Assembly (NCBI GenBank): GCA_965262115.1
Contig: OZ253496.1
Location: forward strand, 160,001 to 224,000
Reading direction: 5' to 3'
From: Nitrospinales bacterium
GTDB lineage: Bacteria; Nitrospinota; Nitrospinia; Nitrospinales; VA-1
Length of the DNA stretch: 64,000 nt
Shown piece by piece: positions 10,012-18,962 of the stretch (position 1 is its first letter; every line of letters starts with the position of its first letter). The notes below the pieces were generated by a model, which saw only the letters and a list, made by a program, of their open reading frames with translations, ran no database searches and was not told the origin of the DNA. A program made the position numbers and the translations under genes.

Positions 10012-11192
10012 AGTATAGAGCCATATTTTTAGCGGGTTTTGTTTTAGCGGGTTTGCTTTTTGCATCAACCGGGGGGGCCGCGAAAAAAAGTGCCAAGGAG
10101 ATTAATGCGCTATTGCGGGATGAGCAGAAAGAATTAAGCCTTCTAAAGAAAAAAATAGCCAGTCAGGACAAACTCATTTCTTCAGCGGGGAAAAAAGAAG
10201 GGCAATTGCTAAGCAAACTAAGAAAGGTTGACAATCAAATAAAGTTGAAGGAGAGGGAGCTCAAGGTTTACCAGTGGAATTTTATGATTAACAAAAAGAA
10301 ACTTATTAAGCTTGAAGCAAGTCTTCAGACCAATAAGCAGAAGTTAAGGGCCCAAAAGCTGTTATTGGGAAAACGTTTTCGGCAGATTTATAAAGAAGGC
10401 CCTGTTTTTCCTCTTAAGGTGGCCTTCTCATCGGAAAATGCGAGCGACTTTTTGCAACGCCTCAAATATATGGAATTGATCGCCCGACATGATGCAAACC
10501 TGATGGCCGATTATATGAATCAGTTTGAGGGCATGAAAACCGAAAAACAATCTCTTCTGTCTGTCAGGGCGAAGCTGGTGCGGCTGGAGAAAGATGCTTT
10601 GGGCAAGCGGGAAGAGTTTGAAAATGCCAGGAAGGATAAAAAGAGATTTTTAAAGAAGATTAAGAAAAAGAAACGGTTTGGAATCCAAACCCGAAAAGAG
10701 CTTCAAAAAGCCTCTAATAATTTAAATGACCTGATTACAAAATTATTGTCGAAGCTGGTATCCGGTGAAGGCCTTGATATTGTGGATAAAAGGGGCAGGT
10801 TGACTCTGCCGGTGAAGGGCAAAATTCTCAATAAATTTGGCAGGCAGAAAGATAGGCAGTATGGTTCGTTCATTGTGCATAATGGCATTAACATTAAAAC
10901 CCCGACCGGTACACCGGTGCGCTCGGTTTTCAACGGTAAAGTTCTTTATACCGGAGAGCTTGAGGGTTATGGAAATCTGGTGATTATTGGGCATGGAAAG
11001 GATTATCATTCTCTTTACGGTCATTTGGACCGCATTGATGTCAAACCGAATCAAGTGATTCAGACCGGAGATATTATCGGTCGCAGTGGGGATACGGGGT
11101 CTCTGGTTGGGGAAACCCTTTATTTGGAAATGCGTAAAAAGGGAAAACCTATTGAGCCCGTCCGTTGGTTCAAGACGGCTCGTAGGGAATAG
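10008..11192 (+). CDS. envC: Murein hydrolase activator EnvC-like (coiled coil + M23)
   Basis: Coiled coil, HNGINI, YGNLVIIGH and SLYGHL motifs; synteny with ftsEX. Confidence 0.88.
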   Translation: MKYRAIFLAGFVLAGLLFASTGGAAKKSAKEINALLRDEQKELSLLKKKIASQDKLISSAGKKEGQLLSKLRKVDNQIKLKERELKVYQWNFMINKKKLIKLEASLQTNKQKLRAQKLLLGKRFRQIYKEGPVFPLKVAFSSENASDFLQRLKYMELIARHDANLMADYMNQFEGMKTEKQSLLSVRAKLVRLEKDALGKREEFENARKDKKRFLKKIKKKKRFGIQTRKELQKASNNLNDLITKLLSKLVSGEGLDIVDKRGRLTLPVKGKILNKFGRQKDRQYGSFIVHNGINIKTPTGTPVRSVFNGKVLYTGELEGYGNLVIIGHGKDYHSLYGHLDRIDVKPNQVIQTGDIIGRSGDTGSLVGETLYLEMRKKGKPIEPVRWFKTARRE

Positions 11193-11285
11193 TGGATCAT
11201 AACGCTAAAATACGCTTAGGTTATGAGTGCGTAGCGCCTATAATTGATATATAATTCCAATTTTATATCCTAGGGAGATAACACT

Positions 11286-12713
11286 TTGAATTTGTCACCG
11301 GCGGGTAAAGGAATAAAGGCTGGGTTGGCCCGGTTTCTGGTCATCGTTATATTGGGGATGTTCCAGACTCTTTATGCGGAGGAGAATGTTGAAGAACCCA
11401 AACCGGATACTTATAACAAGCTCAAGGTGTTTTCTGAGATACTTTCCCTGATTGAATCCAATTATGTTGAACCAGTGGGAAGCAACACTATGATCGAGGG
11501 AGCTATCAAGGGAATGGTTAAGTCCCTTGATCCTCACACTAACTATTTGCCTCCCGCGTCCTATAAAGAAATGCAGGTGGAAACTACCGGAAAATTCGGT
11601 GGACTGGGCATTGAGATCAGTATTCGCGATGGTGTGCTAACCGTTGTTTCTCCGATTGAAGAAACCCCGGCTTTTAGAGTGGGGATTAAATCGGGCGATA
11701 AAATTATAAAAATTGAAGACGAATCAACCCTTGATATGACTCTTCAGGACGCGGTCTCCCGGCTCAGGGGTGAAACCGGATCTCCTGTGACCATCACGAT
11801 TTTCAGGGAATCCTTCAAGGCTCCAAAAGAATTCACCATTGTCCGGGATATTATTAAAGTCCGGAGTGTTGTTAAAAAACTTTATAAGAAGGACATTGGT
11901 TATATCAAAATCCGCAGTTTTTCAAAGAATACTAGTACGGATCTGGATAAAGCCCTCGCTGACCTCGGCAAAGAAGGGATCACCAAATTGATCCTTGATC
12001 TCAGGAACAATCCTGGTGGGCTGTTGAATCAGGCTGTTGAAGTGACGGATCGATTTTTGAACCGTGAAAACCTGATTGTCTATACCAAAGGACGCTCGGA
12101 CGAACAAAATATGCGTTTCACGAGCCATGATAAGGTAGCGGGTGTTACTTATCCCTTGATCATTATGGTTAATGGAGGAAGCGCAAGCGCCTCGGAAATC
12201 GTGGCGGGCGCTTTGCAGGATTTAAACCGGGCCGTTATTCTGGGCACGCAAACTTTTGGCAAAGGATCCGTTCAAACCATCATACCGCTAAGCGATGGGT
12301 CTGCCTTGCGATTAACGACGGCCCGTTACTACACTCCCAGTGGCCGGGTGATTCAGGAAAATGGCATTGAGCCTGATATCATTGTTGAAAGAACACCTGT
12401 CGAGGATTTGGATGAAGAGGATGGAAAGAAAACGGAGCCGAAAGAAAAAACCCGACTTCGAAGATTTTTGCGTGAAAAGGATTTAAAGAAACATTTGAAG
12501 GGTAAGAGCAGTATTGGTGATGTCGAAGAAGAAAGTGAAGTAGAAAGTGTCGACAAGGATGAAGAAACTGCCTCCATCCATGAAGACCTGCTAAAGGACA
12601 ACCAACTTGAACAGGCCGTTTCCCTGCTTTCGGGCTGGGAGGTTATGAAGAAGATGTTTAAAAATTTGCAGGTCCCCACTCCGGACTCTGATAGCCGAAT
12701 CAGCATGAATTAA
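11286..12713 (+). CDS. ctpA: S41 C-terminal processing protease
   Basis: PDZ GLGI, DLRNNPGG, SASASEI and FGKGSVQ motifs. Confidence 0.93.
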   Translation: MNLSPAGKGIKAGLARFLVIVILGMFQTLYAEENVEEPKPDTYNKLKVFSEILSLIESNYVEPVGSNTMIEGAIKGMVKSLDPHTNYLPPASYKEMQVETTGKFGGLGIEISIRDGVLTVVSPIEETPAFRVGIKSGDKIIKIEDESTLDMTLQDAVSRLRGETGSPVTITIFRESFKAPKEFTIVRDIIKVRSVVKKLYKKDIGYIKIRSFSKNTSTDLDKALADLGKEGITKLILDLRNNPGGLLNQAVEVTDRFLNRENLIVYTKGRSDEQNMRFTSHDKVAGVTYPLIIMVNGGSASASEIVAGALQDLNRAVILGTQTFGKGSVQTIIPLSDGSALRLTTARYYTPSGRVIQENGIEPDIIVERTPVEDLDEEDGKKTEPKEKTRLRRFLREKDLKKHLKGKSSIGDVEEESEVESVDKDEETASIHEDLLKDNQLEQAVSLLSGWEVMKKMFKNLQVPTPDSDSRISMN

Positions 12714-12769
12714 GATTTGTTTCTTCCTCTGATTATTGGCAATTACATTTATAAATTCTCAGCCTGCCC

Positions 12770-13783
12770 ATGCTTGTTCTTGGTCTAGAAACTTCCTGCG
12801 ATGAAACTGCCGCCGCAGTCTTGAAAGACGGCGACACCCTATTGTCTAATATCATCAATGACCAGATTGGCGTTCACTCTCCATACGGAGGAATCGTCCC
12901 TGAGCTGGCGGGGCGGTCGCATAATGAACGGGTACACCGGGTTATTAAGGAAGCAGTGGCCGAGGCTCGAGTGCGGCTACGAGATATCGATCTCATCGCC
13001 GTCACGGTGGGGCCTGGGCTGATCGGCTCATTACTGGTTGGTTTGAACACTGCTAAAGGACTTTCATATGGCCTGAAAATTCCTATGATCGGGGTGAACC
13101 ATTTGGAAGGCCATCTTCTGGCCATCTTTCTGCAGAAAAAAATACAGTTTCCTTTCATTGCGCTGATTGTTTCCGGTGGACATACCGACCTGTACCGGGT
13201 TTCTGATTTTGGGCGATATAAACTGCTGGGGCGAACTCGTGATGATGCGGCGGGGGAGTCTTTTGATAAAGTAGGAAAAATGCTTGGGCTTCCGTATCCT
13301 GGGGGACCGGCCATTGAAAAGTTGGCGCGGAATGGAAATGGAAAGGCCCATAAATTTCCGCGAGCCTATCTTGAAAAAGGTTCTCTGGATTTTAGTTTCA
13401 GCGGCTTGAAAACATCGGTCCGAACTTTTTTGAACCAAAGAGAGAAGGACACCCGGTTAACCCTGACCGATGAAGATATTTCAGCGGGTTTTCAGGATGC
13501 GGTTCTTGATGTCCTGGTGGATAAACTTATCAGCGCTTGTAAGAAAGAGAATCTATCGCGTATCGTCGTGACCGGTGGGGTGGCCTCAAATGGTGCCTTA
13601 CGTGTGGCAGTAGGAAAAGCGGCTCAAGCTTATGGCTTTGAAGCTTCTTTTCCAGACCCAATATTTTGTACCGATAATGCTGCGATGATTGCTTGTGCCG
13701 GTCATTACAAGTTTGCCCGGAACCAAAGTCCGTCGACTGATTTTATGGGGTTGGATGCAAAAGCCAGTCTTTCGATAGAATAA
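12770..13783 (+). CDS. tsaD: tRNA threonylcarbamoyltransferase TsaD
   Basis: ETSCDET, HLEGH, SGGHT, DDAAGESFDK and DNAAMIA motifs. Confidence 0.96.
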   Translation: MLVLGLETSCDETAAAVLKDGDTLLSNIINDQIGVHSPYGGIVPELAGRSHNERVHRVIKEAVAEARVRLRDIDLIAVTVGPGLIGSLLVGLNTAKGLSYGLKIPMIGVNHLEGHLLAIFLQKKIQFPFIALIVSGGHTDLYRVSDFGRYKLLGRTRDDAAGESFDKVGKMLGLPYPGGPAIEKLARNGNGKAHKFPRAYLEKGSLDFSFSGLKTSVRTFLNQREKDTRLTLTDEDISAGFQDAVLDVLVDKLISACKKENLSRIVVTGGVASNGALRVAVGKAAQAYGFEASFPDPIFCTDNAAMIACAGHYKFARNQSPSTDFMGLDAKASLSIE

Positions 13784-13806
13784 GCACGCGTCATAAAGGA
13801 AATAAC

Positions 13807-14802
13807 ATGTGGGCTCTGGTTACAGGCGGAGGCGGATTTCTTGGGAGCGGTATCGCCCAATCTCTCCACGAAAAAGAAAATGACGTTAAAGTTGTGGGTC
13901 GGTGTCATTATTCTCATCTTCCCAGAGCCATCAAATTATGCCAGGGCGATATTCGGGACCTTGATTTCCTCTGCAAGATGTTTTCGGGCGTGGAGGTTGT
14001 CTTCCACACTGCAGCTTTTCCCGGTATTTGGGGCCGGGCAGAGGACTTTTACAGCATCAATGTTGATGGAACCCGCAATGTGATCAAAGCCTGCCTGCTA
14101 AACGGGGTGCAAAAGCTGGTGTTCACCAGTTCTCCAAGTGTCATTTATGGAGACTCAAGTCTTGAAGGAGTGGATGAAACGGCTCCCTACCCAGAGAATT
14201 ATTTGTGTGAGTATTCCCGCACCAAGGCGATTGCCGAAAAACTCGTGACAGAAGCAAATGGTAAGGATTTGGCCACGGTATCCCTCCGGCCGCATCTTAT
14301 CTGGGGGCCGGGAGATCCACATTTGGTTCCTAGAATTTTAGCAAAAGCCGATAAGGGCCGATTAGTGCGAGTGGGGCCGGGAGAAAACAAAGTTGATATC
14401 ATTTATATCGACAATGCCGTATCTGCGCATCTTAAAGCTTGCGATGCGCTGGGGGTAGGAAAACCTCCCGCTGGTAAAGTTTATTTTATCAGCGATGGCG
14501 AACCGGTGAACTTGTGGAACTGGATCAATGAACTGCTAAAAAAAACAGGCAGGCTTCCTGCAACCCGGAGCATCTCCTACCAAACAGCATCAAAGCTGGG
14601 TTATTTGTTGGAGGGAATATACAATTTCTGGAGGATTAAAAAAGAACCTCCGATGACCCGGTTTCTGGCATCCCAGTTGGCGACCTCCCATTACTTTAAT
14701 ATTGCCCGTGCTAAAAATGATTTTGGATATGCGCCGGTGGTGAGTCCTGAGGAGGGAATGAGCCGACTCATTCAGTCTCTTTCGGCTCCCCAAGAATGTT
14801 GA
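13807..14802 (+). CDS. 3-beta-HSD/OleD-like NAD-dependent epimerase/dehydratase
   Basis: TGGGGFLG, TSSPSV, YxxxK and LRPHLIWGPGD motifs. Confidence 0.88.
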   Translation: MWALVTGGGGFLGSGIAQSLHEKENDVKVVGRCHYSHLPRAIKLCQGDIRDLDFLCKMFSGVEVVFHTAAFPGIWGRAEDFYSINVDGTRNVIKACLLNGVQKLVFTSSPSVIYGDSSLEGVDETAPYPENYLCEYSRTKAIAEKLVTEANGKDLATVSLRPHLIWGPGDPHLVPRILAKADKGRLVRVGPGENKVDIIYIDNAVSAHLKACDALGVGKPPAGKVYFISDGEPVNLWNWINELLKKTGRLPATRSISYQTASKLGYLLEGIYNFWRIKKEPPMTRFLASQLATSHYFNIARAKNDFGYAPVVSPEEGMSRLIQSLSAPQEC

Positions 14803-15538
14803 TGCGGTGGGCCATGCAGCCAGCTCCAAATCCGTTGTCGATATTAACGACGGCTATTCCCGTTGCGCAACTGTTTAGCATGGTAAGAAGAGCAGAAACG
14901 CCACCAAAAGACGTTCCATAACCGATACTGGTGGGTACTGCTATGATAGGTTTGTCCACAAGGCCACCGACCACACTTGCCAGTGCCCCTTCCATCCCTG
15001 CCACGACAACGACCACCCGCGCTTTCCTGATCTGCTCAAGGTTATTGAAGAGACGATGAATTCCTGCTACTCCCACATCAAAAAGGGTTTCTGTATCGCT
15101 TCCCAGTATTCGAGCTGTGACCGAAGCTTCTTCAGCGATGGGGATGTCTGAGGTCCCAGCGGTGATGATGGTTATCAAGCCGCTTTTTTTCTTGGACTTA
15201 ATTTTTTCAATAACCAGAGTCTGCGCTGTTTCATTGTATTCAGAAACTTTAGGCAGAAAAGATTTTAATTTGCGAAAGGTTTCTTTGGACAATTTGGTTG
15301 CCAGAATAGAATGACCCGCGCGATTCATGCTCTGAATAATCTTTTTTATTTGGGCCACGGTTTTGCCCTGACAGTAAATGACCTCGGGCATGCCGCTTCG
15401 GAGCTCGCGATGATGGTCGATCTTGGCGAATTCCAGGTCCTCAAAAGGCAGGATCTCAAGCTTTTTAATGGCCTGCTGGGGAGTTAATTTTTGCTTGTGC
15501 AAGTCATTCAATAATTTTTTTAAATCCTTTGGGTTCAT
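14768..15538 (-). CDS. larB: Nickel pincer cofactor biosynthesis protein LarB
   Basis: DHHRELR, AGTSD, DVGVAG, PTSIGYG and VNIDNGFGA motifs. Confidence 0.93.
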   Translation of the reverse strand: MNPKDLKKLLNDLHKQKLTPQQAIKKLEILPFEDLEFAKIDHHRELRSGMPEVIYCQGKTVAQIKKIIQSMNRAGHSILATKLSKETFRKLKSFLPKVSEYNETAQTLVIEKIKSKKKSGLITIITAGTSDIPIAEEASVTARILGSDTETLFDVGVAGIHRLFNNLEQIRKARVVVVVAGMEGALASVVGGLVDKPIIAVPTSIGYGTSFGGVSALLTMLNSCATGIAVVNIDNGFGAGCMAHRINILGEPKETE

Positions 15539-16554
15539 TCCAAACCCTTTATGCCGGCAAACTCGGTGGTTATTTCAACTTTCATCAAGTCCTCTAACGC
15601 CTGGCCAGGTGATTTGTTTTCGTGGAGGACGCGGTAGGTCTCTTCCATAATCGACGCTTGGACATTGAATTTCTTTATCAGGGAATGAGCCGATTTCACA
15701 GTCAAGACCCCCTCGGCGACCATTTTCATGTTTCCAGTAATTTCTTTCAGGGATTTTCCTTTCCCCAGTTGGATTCCCATCTGACGGTTGCGGCTCAAGT
15801 CTCCGGTGCAGGTGAGCACAAGATCTCCAAGACCCGTCAGTCCATAAAAGGTCTCCGGCTTGGCTCCGAGCTTCGTTCCAATCCGGCTGATTTCGACCAG
15901 TCCGCGGGTGATCAGAGCGGCCCGTGTGTTAAATCCCAAACCCAGTCCGTCACAAATTCCTGTAGCGATCGCGATGACATTTTTCAATGCACCGCCAATT
16001 TCGACCCCCACCAGATCGTCGTTGGCAAATACTTTCATTTTATCCGTAGTAAAAAGTTCCTGAACCTGTTTTGCCGTTTCCAGGTTTTCTGCCGAGGCCA
16101 ACAGGGCAGAAGGAACCCCTTCGGCGACCTCCTTGGCAAATGTGGGGCCGGAAATAGTGGCGGTAAAAATATTTTTACCCAAAATATCCTGAATAATCTG
16201 GTGGCTGGTAAAAAGGGTGTCATTTTCTAATCCCTTGCTGGCGCTGATGATTAGACAATCTTTTGCAATAAATGGTTTGATCTGGGACAGGGTCTGTCTG
16301 ATCACATGAGTAGGAACCACTAGCAGAATCAAGGACTGCCCTTCGGTGGCAGATTGTAAAGACAAAGTGGGATGAATATTTTCCGGCAACGAGTGTCCCG
16401 GTAAAAACCATGCATTTTCCCGGGTGCGGGTCATGGCATCACACAATTCTTTTTCATACACCCAAAGTGATATTTGGCGGAAATTGCTGGCCAAATGAAG
16501 GGCTAGTGCGGTTCCCCAACTCCCCGCACCAATGATGGAAATTTTTTCATGCAT
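15535..16554 (-). CDS. gpsA: NAD(P)H-dependent glycerol-3-phosphate dehydrogenase
   Basis: GAGSWGT, GALKNVIA and GDLVLTC..SRN motifs. Confidence 0.96.
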   Translation of the reverse strand: MHEKISIIGAGSWGTALALHLASNFRQISLWVYEKELCDAMTRTRENAWFLPGHSLPENIHPTLSLQSATEGQSLILLVVPTHVIRQTLSQIKPFIAKDCLIISASKGLENDTLFTSHQIIQDILGKNIFTATISGPTFAKEVAEGVPSALLASAENLETAKQVQELFTTDKMKVFANDDLVGVEIGGALKNVIAIATGICDGLGLGFNTRAALITRGLVEISRIGTKLGAKPETFYGLTGLGDLVLTCTGDLSRNRQMGIQLGKGKSLKEITGNMKMVAEGVLTVKSAHSLIKKFNVQASIMEETYRVLHENKSPGQALEDLMKVEITTEFAGIKGLE

Positions 16555-16719
16555 AATAGAGCCTTTTAGTAAGACGACCATTATAGCGAATTCAACTTTG
16601 TATTGCTTAGAGAAATGGCTTGTTTGGGGTTGGCCTTTGTGATTAAATAAAGTCATCAATAATAACCCAAGTTAACCGTTAATTTCTAAACATTTCCCTA
16701 TTACAGCAAGGTTCATCTC

Positions 16720-17388
16720 ATGGCCAAGCGTTTAAAAGTAAGCCGGAAACATTTGCTGAAGGATCCTGACCAATTTTTATCCGCTTCTGAGAAAGCCATG
16801 ATTTTCTTTATGGAGAATCGTGCTGCTGTTATTGGCGGGATCGTATCCATCATCGTGGCCGGTTCTTCTTTTTTAGGTTTTAAATATTATCAGGAAGCGC
16901 AGGCGATGAAGAATGAGGCGTTTTATTTTGAAATGGTGAAGCTTGTTGATAACGCCAGCACCCCCGCTTCTGAAGCGAAATTGATCTTGGAAAAAATAGG
17001 GGATGGCTTCCAAAAAGAACGGGCGTCGTTATTGTTGGGCGATATCCATTTTCAAAACCAGGAAAATGATAAAGCCGAGGAGCTTTATTCAACGGTGATG
17101 AGCAATTCTTCGAAGGGACAAATCAATCACCAATTGGCGCAGATAGGTTTGGCCCACAGCTATCAAGCCAAAAAAGATTATAAAAGGGCCATTAGTTTGT
17201 TTAAATCGGTTATCGAGGCCAATTCAAGTTTTCCTTTATTCCAGGTCTATTTGAGTCTCTCAAGATGCCATGAGTTGAATAACGATGTGTCCAATGCATT
17301 GCTGGTTTTAAGGGAAATGCGGATGAAATTTCCTGAGGGACCACAAGTGGATAAAATCGAGAGTCGCATCAAACAGCTTTCTGCCTGA
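16720..17388 (+). CDS. Membrane-anchored TPR protein (YfgM-like)
   Basis: Single TM followed by TPR-like helices. Confidence 0.75.
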   Translation: MAKRLKVSRKHLLKDPDQFLSASEKAMIFFMENRAAVIGGIVSIIVAGSSFLGFKYYQEAQAMKNEAFYFEMVKLVDNASTPASEAKLILEKIGDGFQKERASLLLGDIHFQNQENDKAEELYSTVMSNSSKGQINHQLAQIGLAHSYQAKKDYKRAISLFKSVIEANSSFPLFQVYLSLSRCHELNNDVSNALLVLREMRMKFPEGPQVDKIESRIKQLSA

Positions 17389-17398
17389 TTGTCTAGCG

Positions 17399-17598
17399 GC
17401 CCACTAGCCGTGGGGACAATGAGCAAGAATTTGTTAGGCCCGGAAGAACAGCTCCGGATGGTAAAAAGCTATTGCCAGTCGCCAGCGGAGGTTCTCCGCC
17501 TCTTCGCCAGAGCGGCGGCATGCAATAGCTCGTTGAGCCGAGTAGCCCTTTATTGGCAAGGAAAAGACATTGCTCATTACCTGCGTAGGTTCTTCGCT
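17399..17598. repeat. Structured modular intergenic repeat (longest copy)
   Basis: Nested helices 17418-17426/17570-17578, 17467-17475/17522-17530 and hairpin GCGGAGGTTCTCCGC. Ends shared with 29654-29674 and 30936-30971. Confidence 0.7.
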
Positions 17599-17604
17599 AC
17601 TTTT

Positions 17605-18687
17605 ATGCCGAAAATATCTAAAAACTTAATATCTATCCTCCTGCCACTTCTGACTCTCCTTGTTTTATTTTATCCGGTTGATACTCATTCCGTACCCTTC
17701 ATTTCCCATGAAACAGAACTGGCTATGGGCAAGGGTGCCGATCAGCAAATCATCCAGCAATACGGGATCTATCAGGATAAAGAACTCCAGCTATACGTTA
17801 ATGGAATTGGTCAGAATCTCGTCTCCCAACTTTCTGATAAAGTTTTTTCACGTTTTTATTTTCGCATTGTAGACAGTTCGGATATCAATGCGTTCGCCTT
17901 GCCCGGTGGCTATGTCTATGTGACTCTTGGCCTCATGGCTATGGTGAATAGTGAGGCGGAACTTGCAGGAATTTTAGGTCATGAAATCGGGCATATTATA
18001 TTCCACCACGGTGCAAAGCAGATGGTGCGTAGTATAGGCGCGCAGATTTTGGCCCTGGGAGGAGCTATTGCAAGCCCGAAGAATGCAGGGCAATGGTTGA
18101 CTGTCAGTACCGCCATGTTCCAGCAGATCAACATGGGCTATGGCCGGGATGCAGAAATTGAGTCGGACGAGCAGGGGATATTGAACAGTAAGGAAGCGGG
18201 GTACAGTCCATTTGGGATGGCCGGATTTCTAAAAAGCCTGCGACGAAAGGAAATCATGTCGGGCCAATCCTATCACTCTTTTCAAGCGACCCATCCGGAC
18301 ACCCGGGAGCGGATTGTCAAAGCCGGTCTTCTAGCAGGGCGCATGACCGACGAGCCGGAAAGTGTGAACAGTTACCGGGAGCGGTATTTAAACCGAATTC
18401 GCGGTTTGAAATATGAAGGACAAAAACACGGTAAGGATAGAAAACGCCACAAGGACCAGTTTATTGATATCTATGAAGTGCAAAAAGGGGATACATTCCA
18501 GAGTATTGCGGAAAAAGAGTTGGGGGACAAGCGTAAGGATCTGGATATATCTGTCATGAACGGGCGAAAAGAATCCAGCCAACCCAAACCTGGCGAGTTG
18601 TTGAAGATAGTGCGCAACGGAAAATTTAAAAAAGATAAAATCCTCCTAATCAAGCCTGAATTCGAGCAGACTCCGAATCTAAAATAA
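17605..18687 (+). CDS. M48 (BepA-like) metalloprotease with C-terminal LysM domain
   Basis: INAFALPGG, HEIGH, THP and YEVQKGDTF motifs. Confidence 0.9.
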   Translation: MPKISKNLISILLPLLTLLVLFYPVDTHSVPFISHETELAMGKGADQQIIQQYGIYQDKELQLYVNGIGQNLVSQLSDKVFSRFYFRIVDSSDINAFALPGGYVYVTLGLMAMVNSEAELAGILGHEIGHIIFHHGAKQMVRSIGAQILALGGAIASPKNAGQWLTVSTAMFQQINMGYGRDAEIESDEQGILNSKEAGYSPFGMAGFLKSLRRKEIMSGQSYHSFQATHPDTRERIVKAGLLAGRMTDEPESVNSYRERYLNRIRGLKYEGQKHGKDRKRHKDQFIDIYEVQKGDTFQSIAEKELGDKRKDLDISVMNGRKESSQPKPGELLKIVRNGKFKKDKILLIKPEFEQTPNLK

Positions 18688-18688
18688 A

Positions 18689-18874
18689 TTGGAAGAGTTG
18701 TTACTGGATAAATCGCATACCGTACACCTGAAACCTGAAGGTGAAATATGCAACCGGCTCAAGCAGGGAACCAGTGTCAAGATTGTGAAAAGGAAAGATG
18801 ACTGGGTTCACATCACCTGGCGCAGTGGTAAAAAGAAGGGATGGATAAATTATCCGCCGACCATAAAAGTCTGA
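18689..18874 (+). CDS. Small SH3-like protein
   Basis: LKQGTSVKIV..DDWVHI..KKGWI pattern; TTG start. Confidence 0.55.
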   Translation: MEELLLDKSHTVHLKPEGEICNRLKQGTSVKIVKRKDDWVHITWRSGKKKGWINYPPTIKV

Positions 18875-18904
18875 ATAAAATTATAGTTTTTCTAAAATTG
18901 TCCA

Positions 18905-18946
18905 ATAAAAAACCCCGGACGGCTTTAGGTTGCCCGGGGTTTTTAT
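18905..18946. terminator. Bidirectional intrinsic terminator
   Basis: AAAAACCCCGG...CCGGGGTTTTT between convergent genes. Confidence 0.8.
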
Positions 18947-18962
18947 ATTTATGCTTCTAATT

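Noticed and set aside
17418..17578. Possible 6S RNA
   Set aside because: It is a branched structure whose modules recur at several loci, so it is a repeat family rather than a single-copy 6S gene
17389..17604. N-terminal extension of the M48 protease (and of the CPBP ORF at 41900-41992)
   Set aside because: These are read-throughs of intergenic or repeat DNA; a signal-like peptide starts at 17605
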